From the NCBI GenBank assembly GCA_013698215.1, contig JACCVJ010000444.1:1-42933 (forward strand): a stretch of DNA of 42,933 nucleotides, read 5' to 3'. Position 1 is the stretch's first letter, and every line of letters starts with the position of its first letter. A program made the position numbers and the translations under genes. Positions 42,282-42,933 of the stretch are shown here, piece by piece. The notes under the pieces are model-generated. The model had not been told where the DNA came from. It did not search any database and was given only the letters and a program-made list of their open reading frames with translations. The DNA is from Tatlockia sp. GTDB lineage: Bacteria; Cyanobacteriota; Cyanobacteriia; Cyanobacteriales; Chroococcidiopsidaceae.

Positions 42282-42933
42282 TGCCGAACACCTCCTCATT
42301 GTAAGCGGCAAGGAATTTGCCGAGCTTCGCCGTGGCTTCAAATTGAGCGACCGGTTTTAGCTTTTTGAATACGCTCGTAAAGGAATTCTCCAGCGACCAT
42401 AAATTTTTTGGTTTGAATTCCTCATAGCTCGGAGCGACAAAGTATTCGTGATGCACCGAGCGCATCAAGCTCATCGGAAACTTGTCAACCAGAAATGCCC
42501 GGTAAATCATATTCCGGGCAAATTCCTCATCGAGCCGGTAGTTCTTTTTGAACTCGATATTTTCTTCGACCCTGCCGATGTTCCTCTGCACCCGGTCAAC
42601 CGCCACCGACACCGCGTCAATCAAGTTAAAGTTTTTTGAATGCTTGGCGTGAAGCGGATTAAAGTCTCCGGTCAGCATTTTGTTTTCACAAACCGTGACG
42701 CGGTAGCCGGCGACCAGACCGATTCGCATTGACTTATCATTTGAATTGCGAAGTCCGATAGCAAATCTGACACCCGAGTATTCAACGTTTAATTCGAGCA
42801 AGCCGAACATCTTCATCCCATCGGGAGAAACGGCGTATTCCTCTCTGACAATTGACAAGCGGCGGTAAGAGAGGCACTCGTGGATCTGCTCGACCAGCGA
42901 ATGATGAGCAATCGGCTGATGCGTCGCCGTCGC
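42274..42933 (-). CDS. DUF932-family protein (partial, runs off right edge)
   Basis: Frame open to the edge: TATHQPIAH...MFG...IGLRNSNDKS...G.RV.VCEN...KHS...LWSL.N.FT. Confidence 0.85.
   Translation of the reverse strand, partial: ATATHQPIAHHSLVEQIHECLSYRRLSIVREEYAVSPDGMKMFGLLELNVEYSGVRFAIGLRNSNDKSMRIGLVAGYRVTVCENKMLTGDFNPLHAKHSKNFNLIDAVSVAVDRVQRNIGRVEENIEFKKNYRLDEEFARNMIYRAFLVDKFPMSLMRSVHHEYFVAPSYEEFKPKNLWSLENSFTSVFKKLKPVAQFEATAKLGKFLAAYNEEVFGND

Noticed and set aside
41822-42368. Alternative ORFs 41822-42235, 41966-42223, 42174-42368
   Set aside because: They overlap the RBS-supported 42281-41916 gene or cross the terminator.
1-42933. tRNA, rRNA or CRISPR arrays
   Set aside because: None recognised by eye; a covariance-model scan would be needed to exclude small RNAs.

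Overview
Accessory, mobile-element-derived region (genomic island, ICE or plasmid-like) with no core housekeeping operons. The FG-GAP/RHS protein style suggests Acidobacteriota (Blastocatellia-like), which is inference only. Left to right: a >1900-aa FG-GAP + RHS/YD protein running off the left edge (missed by the ORF track); four small serine resolvases with related palindromic res-like sites that bracket AT-rich cargo; an intact IS3 (3-bp TSD); an ISAs1 that fuses a truncated avidin gene to a truncated Replic_Relax gene; an orphan RHS core; a GH5-like secreted protein and a GT39-like protein; a 688-aa helical protein; an intact signal-less avidin; and a ToxR/CadC-like regulator. Next is an XRE + ImmA/IrrE-regulated operon (ACP-like, thymidylate-synthase-like, dTMP kinase fused to an aGPT-Pplase1/5-hmdU DNA kinase helical domain, MazG/MazG-C, small ORF) converging on dUTPase. 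After it come a decayed DDE transposase separated from its likely resolvase partner by 6 kb of cargo, a ParDE cluster, an Frpo-like ssDNA-promoter hairpin ahead of DUF2958, a Shedu (DUF4263) nuclease and a DUF932 gene running off the right edge. Best candidates for poorly described systems: (1) the inducible ACP/TS-like/kinase-aGPT/MazG/dUTPase nucleotide-modification operon; (2) a resolvase/res-site cargo-accretion array; (3) a cytoplasmic avidin travelling with a resolvase. All family assignments are by motif recognition only; no searches were run.
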